50,412 bases of DNA from a virus (taxonomy: Duplodnaviria; Caudoviricetes): the IMG/VR virus record IMGVR_UViG_3300049203_000028, positions 1 to 50,412 of that record; one strand, written 5' to 3'. The notes beneath the pieces are model-generated. The model saw only the letters and a program-made list of their open reading frames with translations. It did no database searches and was not told where the DNA came from. Made by a program: the position numbers and the translations under genes. Of this stretch, positions 10,133-19,664 are shown one piece after another; the first letter of the stretch is position 1; each line of letters starts with the position of its first letter.

Positions 10133-10771
10133 ATGCATCTCACGCTTGATACATGCACGTCCGCACTGACCGCCGCTGCGATCAATCACAAGGCCGCCAT
10201 TCAACTGGAACTAGCTGTGGGGCTGGCGGTGTTCCACCTGTACAAAGGCACGAACAAGGACGCCCGAAAGATGCTCGCCCAGGCGTACTCTTTAGCCGGC
10301 TGGCAGTGCCAGAAGTTTGCCGACCCGGACTACAAGACGGTGAACCGCCGAATCAACGCAACGGCGTCCTTGTACGAAAAGGTTCCCGTTGCAAAGTGGA
10401 TCGGTCGCCTGGAAGAAATGGACATCATCCAGGCGATTTGCGAAGGTCTGGAACCGTACCAACTTTACACGATTCAGGACGTTCTACGATACGCCGCACC
10501 GCATCGCGTACAGGACAAGAAGTTCGCCGTCGCGCCCGCTCACGATCTGCTGTCGGGTCCGGCCGCCAACAACCACACGGGGCAGGACCGTATCATGCAG
10601 CAGTTCCGCCGAGCGTCGGACCATATCGACGAAGGTTCCCGCGTGCTCGCAACGGACCATATTTCGGTCGTCATTCCGAAGGAAACGACGCGCGCCGAAG
10701 TGTTGGAACTCGCCCGTCAACTGCTGGTGTTGGCTGATGAGAACAAAGAGGAAAAGTTGTTGACAGTCTAG
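10133..10771 (+). CDS. hypothetical protein (212 aa)
   Basis: GGAG RBS at 10123 before ATG 10133; normal codon usage; no recognised motif. Confidence 0.75.
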   Translation: MHLTLDTCTSALTAAAINHKAAIQLELAVGLAVFHLYKGTNKDARKMLAQAYSLAGWQCQKFADPDYKTVNRRINATASLYEKVPVAKWIGRLEEMDIIQAICEGLEPYQLYTIQDVLRYAAPHRVQDKKFAVAPAHDLLSGPAANNHTGQDRIMQQFRRASDHIDEGSRVLATDHISVVIPKETTRAEVLELARQLLVLADENKEEKLLTV

Positions 10772-10788
10772 TTAGTAAGACATATCCT
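10760..10788 (+). promoter_or_regulatory. sigma70-like promoter with operator motif
   Basis: TTGACA-17 bp-TATCCT; spacer contains GTTAGTA. Confidence 0.75.
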
Positions 10789-10822
10789 ACAGGGACCGTC
10801 TTTTCCTGTGGGATATTAAAAA

Positions 10823-11143
10823 ATGTCAACAACTCTGATTGAGGCAAGGACAGCGTTGCTCAAGCTGTCCAGCCAATTCCCCGCACCTTCAACGTATGCC
10901 GATTTGCTGGCGACCATTTCGGACTACTTCGACAACCAAGTACCTCTGAGTGTCGAAAACCGCAACCTTACGCAACGCGTAGCGGTTCTTGAAGCGACAA
11001 TCGAGCAGGTCCGCAAGACCCTCCCGGAAGACCCCGCACCCGCTACACCGAAGACCGGTATGCGTCGCGGGATCGACTGTACCGCCTGGATGGGTGTCGG
11101 TCGGTGCTCATGCCCAGCGTGCAAGGTAGAACAGCATGCATAG
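10823..11143 (+). CDS. hypothetical protein with coiled coil and C-terminal Cys cluster
   Basis: ORF after promoter; C...CSCPAC. Confidence 0.7.
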   Translation: MSTTLIEARTALLKLSSQFPAPSTYADLLATISDYFDNQVPLSVENRNLTQRVAVLEATIEQVRKTLPEDPAPATPKTGMRRGIDCTAWMGVGRCSCPACKVEQHA

Positions 11144-11615
11144 CATCGTCCACCAATGGGCGACCGACTGGGGTGTCCCTCAACACGCGGCAGTAGACCT
11201 GATGTGTCGTCTCGGCATGGGGTTCGAGCCCACTATGTTTGTCGAGTTGGAAGGATGGTCCGAAAGCGCGATCCAATCCAAGGTTAGACTCGACGCCGCC
11301 AAAGCTGGCATTCTCCCGTGGCGAAACAACGTCGGCGCGCTCCGGGACGACACCGGCCGCGTGGTCCGTTACGGCCTGTGCAACGACACGGAGCAGTTGA
11401 ACGAAAGCGTCAAGTCGTCGGACCTTATCGGCATCAATCCCGTGTTGATCAAACCGGAACACGTGGGGACGATCATCGGGCAGTTTTGGGCGCGCGAGGT
11501 CAAGGAATATGGCTGGAAGTACACCGGAACCGTACGCGAGGTTGCGCAAGCGAAGTTCGGTCAAATAGTGCTGTCCAAGGGCGGCGACTTCAAATTTACG
11601 ACAGGGGAAATTTAA
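11136..11615 (+). CDS. VRR-NUC domain nuclease
   Basis: SESAIQ, WRNNVG, SSDLIGI and EVK motifs. Confidence 0.85.
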   Translation: MHSIVHQWATDWGVPQHAAVDLMCRLGMGFEPTMFVELEGWSESAIQSKVRLDAAKAGILPWRNNVGALRDDTGRVVRYGLCNDTEQLNESVKSSDLIGINPVLIKPEHVGTIIGQFWAREVKEYGWKYTGTVREVAQAKFGQIVLSKGGDFKFTTGEI

Positions 11616-12205
11616 TGGAAGTGGCAAAAATCAATTTCATGGCGGTTGAAACGGAAATACCACATACGGTCGGACCACTCGGTCTGGAAGTGGGTCAGAC
11701 ATGGCGCATGTATAGCGGCGACCTCGTGACGATCAGTCGGTACAGCAAATCGGAAAATCGTTTCTACCTCGTATTTGCAGAGACCGAAGGTGTTCCGTTC
11801 CGTGCCAGCGTTGATCCTGACGGTCGCACCAAGCTTACGTCGTGCCGCGATTACGACCTTAAAGAGCGCGTACAGCGCCTGTACATTGCGGGTCCGATGA
11901 CCGGGCACGAAGACCTGAACTTCCCGGCGTTCAACTCTGCGGCGGCCGAGTACCGCAGGCGAGGCGCGTTCGTGATCAATCCTGCCGAGATGAACGGCGG
12001 GAACGCTGAAATCGCATTGACTGCCAAACTAACCGCCGATGAGTATCACGCGCATTGGGTCCGCTGCATGAAGAAGGACATCAACGCCCTGATGACGTGC
12101 GACGGCATGGTCATGCTGCCCGGCTGGCAGAAGTCGCGCGGCGCGAAGCTGGAACACCATATTGCCCGCAACTTGGGTCTGACCATCACCTATTTGGAGG
12201 CGTGA
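11615..12205 (+). CDS. DUF4406 / nucleoside 2-deoxyribosyltransferase-like protein with N-terminal extension
   Basis: LYIAGPMTG...NFPAF, INPAE, MLPGWQKSRGAKLE; TAATG coupling to upstream gene. Confidence 0.8.
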   Translation: MEVAKINFMAVETEIPHTVGPLGLEVGQTWRMYSGDLVTISRYSKSENRFYLVFAETEGVPFRASVDPDGRTKLTSCRDYDLKERVQRLYIAGPMTGHEDLNFPAFNSAAAEYRRRGAFVINPAEMNGGNAEIALTAKLTADEYHAHWVRCMKKDINALMTCDGMVMLPGWQKSRGAKLEHHIARNLGLTITYLEA

Positions 12206-12207
12206 TC

Positions 12208-12570
12208 ATGACTCGCAAATCCATTGTCGAGTATTGGAGAATCCCCCTAGACCGCGTAAAGCTGATCCGCGCCGAATCATTCACGCATTCGGGTGGCACT
12301 CGAATCCATTTCCGGGAATACCCAATCCTAAAGTACACCGCATGCGGTGCATGGGTAAGCGATTACGGCTTCGAACGATTTGTAAATTTGCGCGCTGTAA
12401 AACAATTCGCATCGACGACCAAAGGCGAAGCGCTCGACCAACTGAAGCATCGGAAGCGTAGGCAAATACAAATCATCAGGCATCAACTGGAAAACGCAGA
12501 AAAAACACTCACCCTTATCGACAACGGTTTGACCGAATCGACAACTTATTCAGACGTGGAGTTTTATTAA
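12208..12570 (+). CDS. hypothetical phage protein
   Basis: GGAGG RBS; YPILKYTACGAWV motif; operon context. Confidence 0.7.
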   Translation: MTRKSIVEYWRIPLDRVKLIRAESFTHSGGTRIHFREYPILKYTACGAWVSDYGFERFVNLRAVKQFASTTKGEALDQLKHRKRRQIQIIRHQLENAEKTLTLIDNGLTESTTYSDVEFY

Positions 12571-12571
12571 A

Positions 12572-13792
12572 ATGTACCCATCCATCAAAGCTGCTGCCGA
12601 GGATAAAGCGAACGACGCCGTCAGCAAATCTACGCCGACGTTCCTGATCGATCCTCGCGCCGTCAAGGTCCAGGACGGATTCAACGCCCGCCCGATCGAC
12701 CCCGATCATGTGGCGTACCTAAAGCGCCTGAAAAAGTCCGGCGTCGACACGGGGGAGTACACCGTGCAGATGATCGACGGTGAGATTTACCTGCGTGACG
12801 GCCATCACCGTCACGCTGCCGACATGCAACTCATTGCCGAGGGTGAACCGATCCTTCGCGTCAAGGCGAAAGAGTTCAAAGGTGACGAGAAGGCCGCAAT
12901 CTTCTACATGCTCGGAACGCAGTCGGGAAAGGGTTACACTCCGCTCCAGGTGGGCGAACAGTACGTCAAGTTGGTGAACCTCTTTGGCATGTCGTACGAA
13001 GAGATCGCCGAGCAACGCGGTATGAGCGCGCAGCACGTCAAGGACGCTATCCGCCTGACCGAACAGCCCGTCGAACTGAAGACCGCCATCAACGAAGGCG
13101 TCATCACGTCATCGACGGCACTCAAGCTGGTCAAGAAGGTGGGTTCGACGGAAGCCGTCAAGACTATCAAACAGGCCGCCGCGCAACCCGGCGTCAAGGT
13201 TGGCAAACCCATTACGCAGAAGGTTATCGACAAGCTCGGAGACAGCTACATCGACGAGTCGAAGAAGAAGAAATCCGAATGTTCATTGCACCTGTCGGCC
13301 ATGTTGGAGTCGCCCGCATTCGACGCTGGAACAAAAGCCGCAATACGCCGAGTTCTCGACCTCGTCGACGGAAAGACGCTCGCCATCCCGCGCGACAAGG
13401 CTGCGGACAAGGCTGCGGTTGAAGCGTTCATCGAAGAACAGAAGGGTCACAAGAACAACGGCGTCAGCGTGGCCGCGCACCTGTTGTCCGATGTTCTCGC
13501 AAAGCGCCCCTTGCCGGAAGACGGAAGTCCCGGCGCGCGCTCGTACGGGCATCACGTGTGGTTGCAGGAAATGGCCGCCAGCAGCCAAAAGCCGACCTTC
13601 CGCGCTGCCGCGCACTGGTTCCTTGCGGTACTCAACGCCGATCGTAGCGGGGCAGAAGTTGCGGCCGCACCATCCGTGCTGGGTCCGGTCGCGGCGCTGC
13701 AGGCCGAGCGCGAAAGCGGCGGTCACGTGCTGGCTGAAACGCTGTGCCCGGAGCATGCGTCGCTGATCGCCTGGGCGCGGGGTCGGGCGTGA
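12572..13792 (+). CDS. ParB/Srx N-terminal domain protein with HTH and C-terminal extension
   Basis: GFNAR, LRDGHHRHAA (ParB GxxR motif), GMSYEEIAEQRGMSAQHV HTH. Confidence 0.82.
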   Translation: MYPSIKAAAEDKANDAVSKSTPTFLIDPRAVKVQDGFNARPIDPDHVAYLKRLKKSGVDTGEYTVQMIDGEIYLRDGHHRHAADMQLIAEGEPILRVKAKEFKGDEKAAIFYMLGTQSGKGYTPLQVGEQYVKLVNLFGMSYEEIAEQRGMSAQHVKDAIRLTEQPVELKTAINEGVITSSTALKLVKKVGSTEAVKTIKQAAAQPGVKVGKPITQKVIDKLGDSYIDESKKKKSECSLHLSAMLESPAFDAGTKAAIRRVLDLVDGKTLAIPRDKAADKAAVEAFIEEQKGHKNNGVSVAAHLLSDVLAKRPLPEDGSPGARSYGHHVWLQEMAASSQKPTFRAAAHWFLAVLNADRSGAEVAAAPSVLGPVAALQAERESGGHVLAETLCPEHASLIAWARGRA

Positions 13793-14619
13793 TCGCGTAT
13801 TACAACGAGTTCGACCCGTACGCCGCAGCTTGGATACGCAACCTCATTAACGCCGGCCTGATCGCGCCCGGCATCGTAGACGAAAGGAGTATCGAAGATG
13901 TCCGCCCCGATGACCTTGACGGCTTTACCCAATGCCATTTCTTCGCAGGACTCGGAGGATGGTCTTATGCTCTTCGCGCTGCCGGATGGCCAGATCATCG
14001 ACGCGTATGGACGGCTTCATGCCCGTGCCAGCCTTACAGCGCGGCAGGTGAAGGCGGCGGGTTTGCTGACGAGCGGCACCTATGGCCCCATTTCTTCCAC
14101 ATCTTGCGCGAGCAAAAGCGCAGACCTGAATCAATCTTTGGTGAGCAGGTTGCAAGCAAATTTGCGGAACCTTGGGTCGACCTTGTACACGCTGACGTGG
14201 AAGCCTTGGGTTACGCCTTCGGGTGTATCCCGTTCCCGTCTGCGAGCATCGGCGCCCCGCACATCCGGGACCGCCTGTACTGGCTGGCCGACGCCGATGG
14301 CACACGAAGCGCGGCTGGGCTACCAGCGCAGGGACACGGGCAAGAAGGGAACGCAGGAATCGCTAACCACGGTGGTGATCAATTCGGTGGGCCAGCGCGA
14401 GCACCTGCCAGCGCACCAGCCGGCCCGACTAACGGTTTCTGGCGTGCTGCTGACTGGCTCGCGTGCCGGGATGGAAAGTGGCGGCCGGTTGAACCCGGCA
14501 CATTCCCGTTGGTTAATAGGGCTCCCGCCAGAATGGGACGCCTGCGCGCCTACGGCAACGCGATCAACGTCGAGCAAGCGCGCATCTTCATCCAAACCGC
14601 AATGAGCGTGCTAGACTAA
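13789..14619 (+). CDS. C5 cytosine DNA methyltransferase, alpha polypeptide (EcoHK31I/EaeI-like)
   Basis: GTGA overlap; FFAGLGG (I), SCPCQPYS (IV), GEQV (VI), PHIRDRLY (VIII), YGNAI (X); no motif IX in this frame. Confidence 0.88.
   Translation: MIAYYNEFDPYAAAWIRNLINAGLIAPGIVDERSIEDVRPDDLDGFTQCHFFAGLGGWSYALRAAGWPDHRRVWTASCPCQPYSAAGEGGGFADERHLWPHFFHILREQKRRPESIFGEQVASKFAEPWVDLVHADVEALGYAFGCIPFPSASIGAPHIRDRLYWLADADGTRSAAGLPAQGHGQEGNAGIANHGGDQFGGPARAPASAPAGPTNGFWRAADWLACRDGKWRPVEPGTFPLVNRAPARMGRLRAYGNAINVEQARIFIQTAMSVLD
13898..14605 (+). CDS. nested out-of-frame beta polypeptide of the methyltransferase
   Basis: AAGGAG 8 nt before ATG; WPTP and motif IX-like [17 protein letters not shown]. Confidence 0.72.
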   Translation: MSAPMTLTALPNAISSQDSEDGLMLFALPDGQIIDAYGRLHARASLTARQVKAAGLLTSGTYGPISSTSCASKSADLNQSLVSRLQANLRNLGSTLYTLTWKPWVTPSGVSRSRLRASAPRTSGTACTGWPTPMAHEARLGYQRRDTGKKGTQESLTTVVINSVGQREHLPAHQPARLTVSGVLLTGSRAGMESGGRLNPAHSRWLIGLPPEWDACAPTATRSTSSKRASSSKPQ

Positions 14620-14647
14620 CAGAACAGTTACTACAGGAAATACCCAA

Positions 14648-14953
14648 ATGGCACGAATGACCCCGACCGACCGCAAGGCGGCAATCCTCGACGCGGCTGT
14701 TGCCGCAGCCAAGAAGCACGGCTTTGCGCGCTTGCGCCTCGTCCACATTGCGGAGCAAGCCCAGTGCAGTAACGCCCTGGTCGTGTCCCATTACGGGACC
14801 ATGGCGCAGATGCGCCGCGCCGTTATGCGCGCGGCCGTCAAACAAGAAATCCTGCCCATCATCGCCGAGGGGATCGCCACGCGCGACCCTGTGGCGTGCA
14901 AGGCTTCCGCCGACCTGCAGCGCAAAGCCCTCGCCACGCTCGCGGCGGGGTGA
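14648..14953 (+). CDS. TetR-family-like HTH transcriptional regulator
   Basis: RKAAILDAA...HG...IAEQAQCSNALVVSHYGT matches the TetR N-terminal HTH pattern. Confidence 0.8.
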   Translation: MARMTPTDRKAAILDAAVAAAKKHGFARLRLVHIAEQAQCSNALVVSHYGTMAQMRRAVMRAAVKQEILPIIAEGIATRDPVACKASADLQRKALATLAAG

Positions 14954-14956
14954 CGC

Positions 14957-17431
14957 ATGTATATCCTTCCGGGGGCTCTCGCACCTCTCGGACAGTATCG
15001 CCAGTTCATCCTAGTCCGTCTCAAACCGGCTACAGATCATCTTGGCAAAACTGTCCCTGGGAAGCTCGCCAAATATCCAGCGTGGCCACACGACCATCCT
15101 ACGACGCACACGAAGGGCGACGGAACCGTAGTCCAAGTCGGCAAATGGGGTATGGTCAGCGCACACCGCCCAGATGCATGGCTTGACTGGCAGACGGCCG
15201 CAGCACTCGCCGCAATCGGCCCTATCGGCGGCGACACCGTCGCATGGACTGTCGGCTTTGTCGTTACGGAGAATGACCCGTTCGGCGTGTACGACCTGGA
15301 CGAATGCGCCACGCTCGCGGGAACGTGGAATGATCAAGCACAAGAGATAATGCGCCGCATGCCGGCCGCCGTCGAACTATCGCTATCGGGGCGAGGTCTT
15401 CACGGTTGGTTCACGTATCAGGGGAAGGCGCCCCCACACGGTAAGCGCAATCAGCATCTCAATATTGAGATGTACACCGAGGGTCGATTCATCGCCCTGG
15501 GAACCGCCGCATCCGGCCAGATGTACGACCTCACCGCACAACTGCCGCAGTTCATCGCCGATTACTTCCCGTACGTGGAAGAGGTCGAATGCGGCGAATG
15601 GACTGACGCCCCTGTGCCCGAGCACACGCCGTTGTCGGACGAAGACTTGTTGCGCATGGCGATGGCCAGTCAACGCAAAAAAGACGCGGAGAGCGTGTTT
15701 GCTGGCGGCCCGATGATGGCGAACTTCGCCGACCTGTGGAACGCTAACGTTTCGGTTCTGGCGCGCTGCTACCCGCCGCTGTCGGCCGGGAAGCCGTTCG
15801 GACAGACTGAAGCCGACCTTGCGCTAGCAAAGGAACTCGCGTACTGGACAGGCAAGGACTGCGAGCGCATCGCGCGCTTGATGCACATGAGCGGTCTGAA
15901 GCGCGACAAATGGTCGCCCGCTGTCCACAAGACCTATTTCCGAGACACGGTGCTCAAGGGTGTTGCTTTCTGCAACGCTGTCTATAAGGCTAAATCGGTT
16001 TTGCCCCCCGCGCCGACGAGTGGTGGCAAGCTGGAACCCGTGGCGATCACGCACGGGACGTTCGTCGGCCGGGAAAACCTCGCCGCCATCTTCAAGGACT
16101 GCGTGTACGTCCAGGACAACAATGAGGTGTTGCTTCCAAACGGGGACATGGTCGACCAATCGCGATTCAACGCGAAGTACGCCGGCTACACCTTCATCCT
16201 CGACAATGAGGGGCAGAAGACGACCAAATCGGCATGGGAAGCGTTTCTCGGCAACCAGTTAATCATGTTCCCCCGTGTAGAAGGGACTGAATTTAATCCG
16301 CGCCTGGACTTCCAATACGTGGTCGAGCGCGCCGGGCGACGCTGGGTCAACATCTACAAGGCGCCCGTCGTCGAGCGCAGGCCGGGCGACGTCAAGCCGT
16401 TCATGGACTTGCTACACAAGCTGTTGCCGAACGGTGATGATGCGTTGATCCTGCTGTCGTATATGGCGGCCGTCGTGCAGTACCCCGGCGTAAAATTCCG
16501 CTGGGCGCCTTTCGTCCAGGGCACGCAGGGTAACGGCAAGTCGACCCTTGTCGAATGCCTTAAATATGCTCTGGGTCACAAATACATCTTCGCGGTGAAA
16601 ACCGGAATGATCGAAAACGGTTTTAATGCGTGGCTTGAACGGAACCTTCTTTACGTTGCGGACGACATCTACAGTGCAAAAGACCGTACCGATATGATGG
16701 AAGCACTCAAGAGCCTGATCACCGAACGCGATCAGGCGATCACGCTAAAGGGTATCGATTCGCTGCAAAAGCGAATCTGCGGCAACTTCATGTTCACGGA
16801 CAACCACAAGGACGCGATGAAGAAACAAGACGACACGCGTCGTATCTGTACCCTTTATTGCGCGCAGCAATCGAAGTGGGACCGTCAACGCGATGGCCTG
16901 ACCAAAGAGTATTTCGGTGGCTTCCTTTACCCGTGGTTGGAAAGCGGCGGATACGCCCACGTGGCACACATGCTGGCGACGATGCCGATCGACCCTCGAT
17001 ACAACCCTGCCGGCGAGTGCCAAGAAGCGCCCGAGACGAGCGTGACGCGCGAAGCTGTCATCGACGGCCGCGACGCCCTGGAACACGAGATTGCGGAATG
17101 GATCGTCCTACGCGAGCCCGGCTTTGCTGGCGACTTCGTGTCGCACCATATGCTGAAGGCGCGCATGGCGCAGAACCCACAGTTCGCGAAGATGACGAAC
17201 CCGCTCAAGATCAAAGAGAAAATGCTGCGCCTGGGGTACGAACCGCACAGAGCGTTGCCGGAAGGTCGCACGACCGTGTACGTCCAGCCGGACAACACCA
17301 TGGCTATCCTCTACGTTAAGCGCGATAGTGCGGCCGCCGAAATGAAAGACCCGCACGAGGTTGCGGCGTTGTACCAGCAGTTGCAGCAGGAAGCGCAGAC
17401 CGAACAAACAGCACGGAGGTTCGCACAATGA
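14957..17431 (+). CDS. primase-polymerase/helicase (NrS-1-like prim-pol, helical bundle, SF3/DUF5906 helicase)
   Basis: YDLD, ELSLSGRGLH, IEMY...RF, EADLALAKELAYWTG...RDKW, Walker A GTQGNGKS. Confidence 0.88.
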   Translation: MYILPGALAPLGQYRQFILVRLKPATDHLGKTVPGKLAKYPAWPHDHPTTHTKGDGTVVQVGKWGMVSAHRPDAWLDWQTAAALAAIGPIGGDTVAWTVGFVVTENDPFGVYDLDECATLAGTWNDQAQEIMRRMPAAVELSLSGRGLHGWFTYQGKAPPHGKRNQHLNIEMYTEGRFIALGTAASGQMYDLTAQLPQFIADYFPYVEEVECGEWTDAPVPEHTPLSDEDLLRMAMASQRKKDAESVFAGGPMMANFADLWNANVSVLARCYPPLSAGKPFGQTEADLALAKELAYWTGKDCERIARLMHMSGLKRDKWSPAVHKTYFRDTVLKGVAFCNAVYKAKSVLPPAPTSGGKLEPVAITHGTFVGRENLAAIFKDCVYVQDNNEVLLPNGDMVDQSRFNAKYAGYTFILDNEGQKTTKSAWEAFLGNQLIMFPRVEGTEFNPRLDFQYVVERAGRRWVNIYKAPVVERRPGDVKPFMDLLHKLLPNGDDALILLSYMAAVVQYPGVKFRWAPFVQGTQGNGKSTLVECLKYALGHKYIFAVKTGMIENGFNAWLERNLLYVADDIYSAKDRTDMMEALKSLITERDQAITLKGIDSLQKRICGNFMFTDNHKDAMKKQDDTRRICTLYCAQQSKWDRQRDGLTKEYFGGFLYPWLESGGYAHVAHMLATMPIDPRYNPAGECQEAPETSVTREAVIDGRDALEHEIAEWIVLREPGFAGDFVSHHMLKARMAQNPQFAKMTNPLKIKEKMLRLGYEPHRALPEGRTTVYVQPDNTMAILYVKRDSAAAEMKDPHEVAALYQQLQQEAQTEQTARRFAQ

Positions 17432-17643
17432 GCAGCAAAAAACGAAGAATCAAACGGAAGATCAAATTGGCATCGAAGGCATATGCTTTCGCATTCTTCG
17501 CGGCCGACGACCAAACGTCTAACTGGACGAACCTCGCCGTCGACTGGAAGGTTCGCAACCTCGCGTTGAAGCGGAAAGGGATTCGTATGTCGTTCGCCAT
17601 TCACGAGGCGGGGGGAATTATATTTAATCGGGTCTATGTATGA
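17428..17643 (+). CDS. small basic hypothetical protein
   Basis: GGAGG RBS; ATGA overlaps at both ends. Confidence 0.6.
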   Translation: MSSKKRRIKRKIKLASKAYAFAFFAADDQTSNWTNLAVDWKVRNLALKRKGIRMSFAIHEAGGIIFNRVYV

Positions 17644-17834
17644 GCACCATTTATACGGTCGGGGACGGCAAGCGCACACAGTTCGCGCAGCGTGAAGACG
17701 GCGTGTGGTTCATCCGTCACAAGTGGAACGGTAGATGGGGCAAATGGTTGGAACACGGTCGCCGCTGCCCTTACGAGTTCAGCAAATACCGGGCGCCCGG
17801 AGCGGGCAATGCGAGGTTGCCCGATGTCCGGTAA
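17640..17834 (+). CDS. hypothetical protein
   Basis: ATGA overlap; FAQREDGVWFIR...WGKW. Confidence 0.65.
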   Translation: MSTIYTVGDGKRTQFAQREDGVWFIRHKWNGRWGKWLEHGRRCPYEFSKYRAPGAGNARLPDVR

Positions 17835-18012
17835 GTATTGCACCCCGGCGATGCTGTCCGCGTTGACCGAACTCAAGAAGGGAACACCGTGTCCAGCACC
17901 GCTACGCGAGACGTTGCGTTCGCGCGGCTGGGTGAACAAAGACGGGACCATATCGCAAAAGGGTCTTGTGTACCTTGCGGATAAACGGTACCCTAACGGT
18001 TCCAATTTCTAA
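17824..18012 (+). CDS. hypothetical protein (62 aa)
   Basis: GAGG before ATG 17824; fills the operon. Confidence 0.55.
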   Translation: MSGKYCTPAMLSALTELKKGTPCPAPLRETLRSRGWVNKDGTISQKGLVYLADKRYPNGSNF

Positions 18013-18023
18013 AGGAGGTCATC

Positions 18024-18188
18024 ATGCGTAAAGGTGCAAAAGTAACGGTTCGTATGCCGAAGGGTCCGAACCGCGAGGGCAAGTTCGTGGGAGAGGAAAC
18101 CAATCGCGGCCTGTGGTATATCATCCAGCCGCACGAGAAGGGCGCACAACCGTTCAAGGTCCGACCCGCTACCGTGACGCCGCTCTAA
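18024..18188 (+). CDS. hypothetical protein (54 aa, MRKGAKVTVRMPKG...)
   Basis: Strong AAGGAGGT RBS; translated by hand; ends at terminator. Confidence 0.75.
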   Translation: MRKGAKVTVRMPKGPNREGKFVGEETNRGLWYIIQPHEKGAQPFKVRPATVTPL

Positions 18189-18217
18189 AAAGAATCCCCG
18201 CCGAAGCGGGGTTTTTT
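18187..18217. terminator. bidirectional Rho-independent terminator
   Basis: A-run, CCCCGC-cgaa-GCGGGG, T-run, between convergent operons. Confidence 0.85.
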
Positions 18218-18617
18218 ATTTCCTGAACATCCAACTCAATAGTTCGTCTGGCTTTGGTGGAACCCTGCGCAGTGCGCGTTGGCCCTTTAGATGTCGCTCG
18301 TACTTTTCCGGGTCTTGCTTCATCTTCTGGTACGCGTCCCGCCTGATCTGCGACCGTGTCTTTGCTGCAGGCTTCGGGACGCTCTTGCCCTTCCCCAGGC
18401 GCAGCACTGGGACGAACGGCCCGTTATTGCTGCGACGCGACCATCCGACCACGTGGGCAAGCTCGCGCTCCAGGAAGTGATTTACGTAATCTGCAACGCT
18501 CGCATGATGGCCGATGACGAGACGGTCGGCCAGTTCCCACTGTGCCATGTCTTTTTCTTTAAGGGCTGACATGATCTGCTCAATGCGCCGTCTGCTGCGA
18601 GAATCGCCCGGATTCAT
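18216..18617 (-). CDS. putative winged-HTH DNA-binding protein
   Basis: HTH-like MAQWELADRL and HVVGW; paralog of the adjacent gene. Confidence 0.7.
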   Translation of the reverse strand: MNPGDSRSRRRIEQIMSALKEKDMAQWELADRLVIGHHASVADYVNHFLERELAHVVGWSRRSNNGPFVPVLRLGKGKSVPKPAAKTRSQIRRDAYQKMKQDPEKYERHLKGQRALRRVPPKPDELLSWMFRK

Positions 18618-18916
18618 TTCTTACGCCTCCAATATTCGCGCATTACCTGCGCATGAGTTTTGACAGGTGGGCGCGGGGCATTCTTGCCGAAGCCCCATCG
18701 ATATATCGCCCAACGCACACCATTCGCCGAAGGTTCCGTCCATCCACGCACATGCAGCTTGCGCGTCCATTTGAGATTATCCAGGTAGGCGCGCAGGGAC
18801 TGTTGCCGGCTGACGTGCATCTTTTCGGCCAGTTGCGGGCGCGTCAAATCCTCGTCTAACAGGAAGTCGAGAATCTGACGCATACGGTACACGCTGCGCG
18901 AGTCCTTAGCGTTCAT
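18614..18916 (-). CDS. putative winged-HTH DNA-binding protein (paralog)
   Basis: MNAKDSRS...LTRPQLAEKM...HVRGW; start inferred from alignment with the paralog. Confidence 0.7.
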   Translation of the reverse strand: MNAKDSRSVYRMRQILDFLLDEDLTRPQLAEKMHVSRQQSLRAYLDNLKWTRKLHVRGWTEPSANGVRWAIYRWGFGKNAPRPPVKTHAQVMREYWRRKK

Positions 18917-19166
18917 ACGTATTGTTGACGCCGGTAGCCAGGTAGTTGATGAGGTGTTGGATGCCGCGCCCACGCTCGACGACGTTGCCCAGGCGGACGC
19001 CCCAAGCACCCGTGCTGGGGTGGATGTAGACTTCCCGCTTACCGTGTTTGAAATTGGCGCTGCCGCCTGGGTGCAAGGCGAAGTCATACCCCATCTTGCG
19101 CAACATATTGAGCGTGAACTCGCGGTTACGCGCCTTCTTTTCCCGACGCTCTTGGTTCAGATTCAT
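18906..19166 (-). CDS. hypothetical protein
   Basis: AAGGA RBS; MNLNQERREKK...IHPSTGAW. Confidence 0.65.
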   Translation of the reverse strand: MNLNQERREKKARNREFTLNMLRKMGYDFALHPGGSANFKHGKREVYIHPSTGAWGVRLGNVVERGRGIQHLINYLATGVNNTYER

Positions 19167-19272
19167 GGCAATGTCTTCCTTGGTTGCAGTTGTGATCGTC
19201 GCACGAGCTAGGCGGCGTCCAGCGCTGGACCGTGTACCATACGATGAGTACCACGACAAGCGCGATCATCAT
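19126..19272 (-). CDS. small membrane protein with Cys motif
   Basis: MMIALVVVLIVWY then CDDHNCNQGRHC; ATGA overlap. Confidence 0.5.
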   Translation of the reverse strand: MMIALVVVLIVWYTVQRWTPPSSCDDHNCNQGRHCHESEPRASGKEGA

Positions 19273-19664
19273 TTGCGGACTTCGCGCACGGTTACGACAT
19301 CGCGGTGATTCCCCATGGCGAGCGGTTCGCACGGGGCTTGCTCGATCGTGATGACGAAGCCCATGCGGCGCGCTTCTGCGCACCAACGTTCGATCACGGT
19401 GCGGAACGCTTCGACCTTGTCGGCTGCGGGGTACACGGACGGCGCTACGCTGGCGCGCTCCGCGTACCCACGAGCAACCATTTGCTCATTTGTCCAGCCC
19501 TTGGAACGGAATGTCGAGTACGTTCCGTAAGATAGTCCGAGGTCGGTCATTTTCAGATCGGCGGGTTGAGGGTAAGTAAGGACTGGCGGAACCCAATACG
19601 TCCGTACTGTCGCGCGGCCGGCTTCGCGCTCCATTGCGCGTTCTTCGTCTTTGTCGTTCATCAT
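19269..19664 (-). CDS. hypothetical protein with GWTD-like module
   Basis: AAGGAG RBS; KMTDLGLSYGTYSTFRSKGWTNEQMVARGY; C-terminal PLAMGN. Confidence 0.7.
   Translation of the reverse strand: MMNDKDEERAMEREAGRATVRTYWVPPVLTYPQPADLKMTDLGLSYGTYSTFRSKGWTNEQMVARGYAERASVAPSVYPAADKVEAFRTVIERWCAEARRMGFVITIEQAPCEPLAMGNHRDVVTVREVRK

Noticed and set aside
12572-13792. ParB as evidence for a plasmid-prophage lifestyle
   Set aside because: No ParA, Rep initiator, protelomerase or integrase recognised; it is coupled to a methyltransferase
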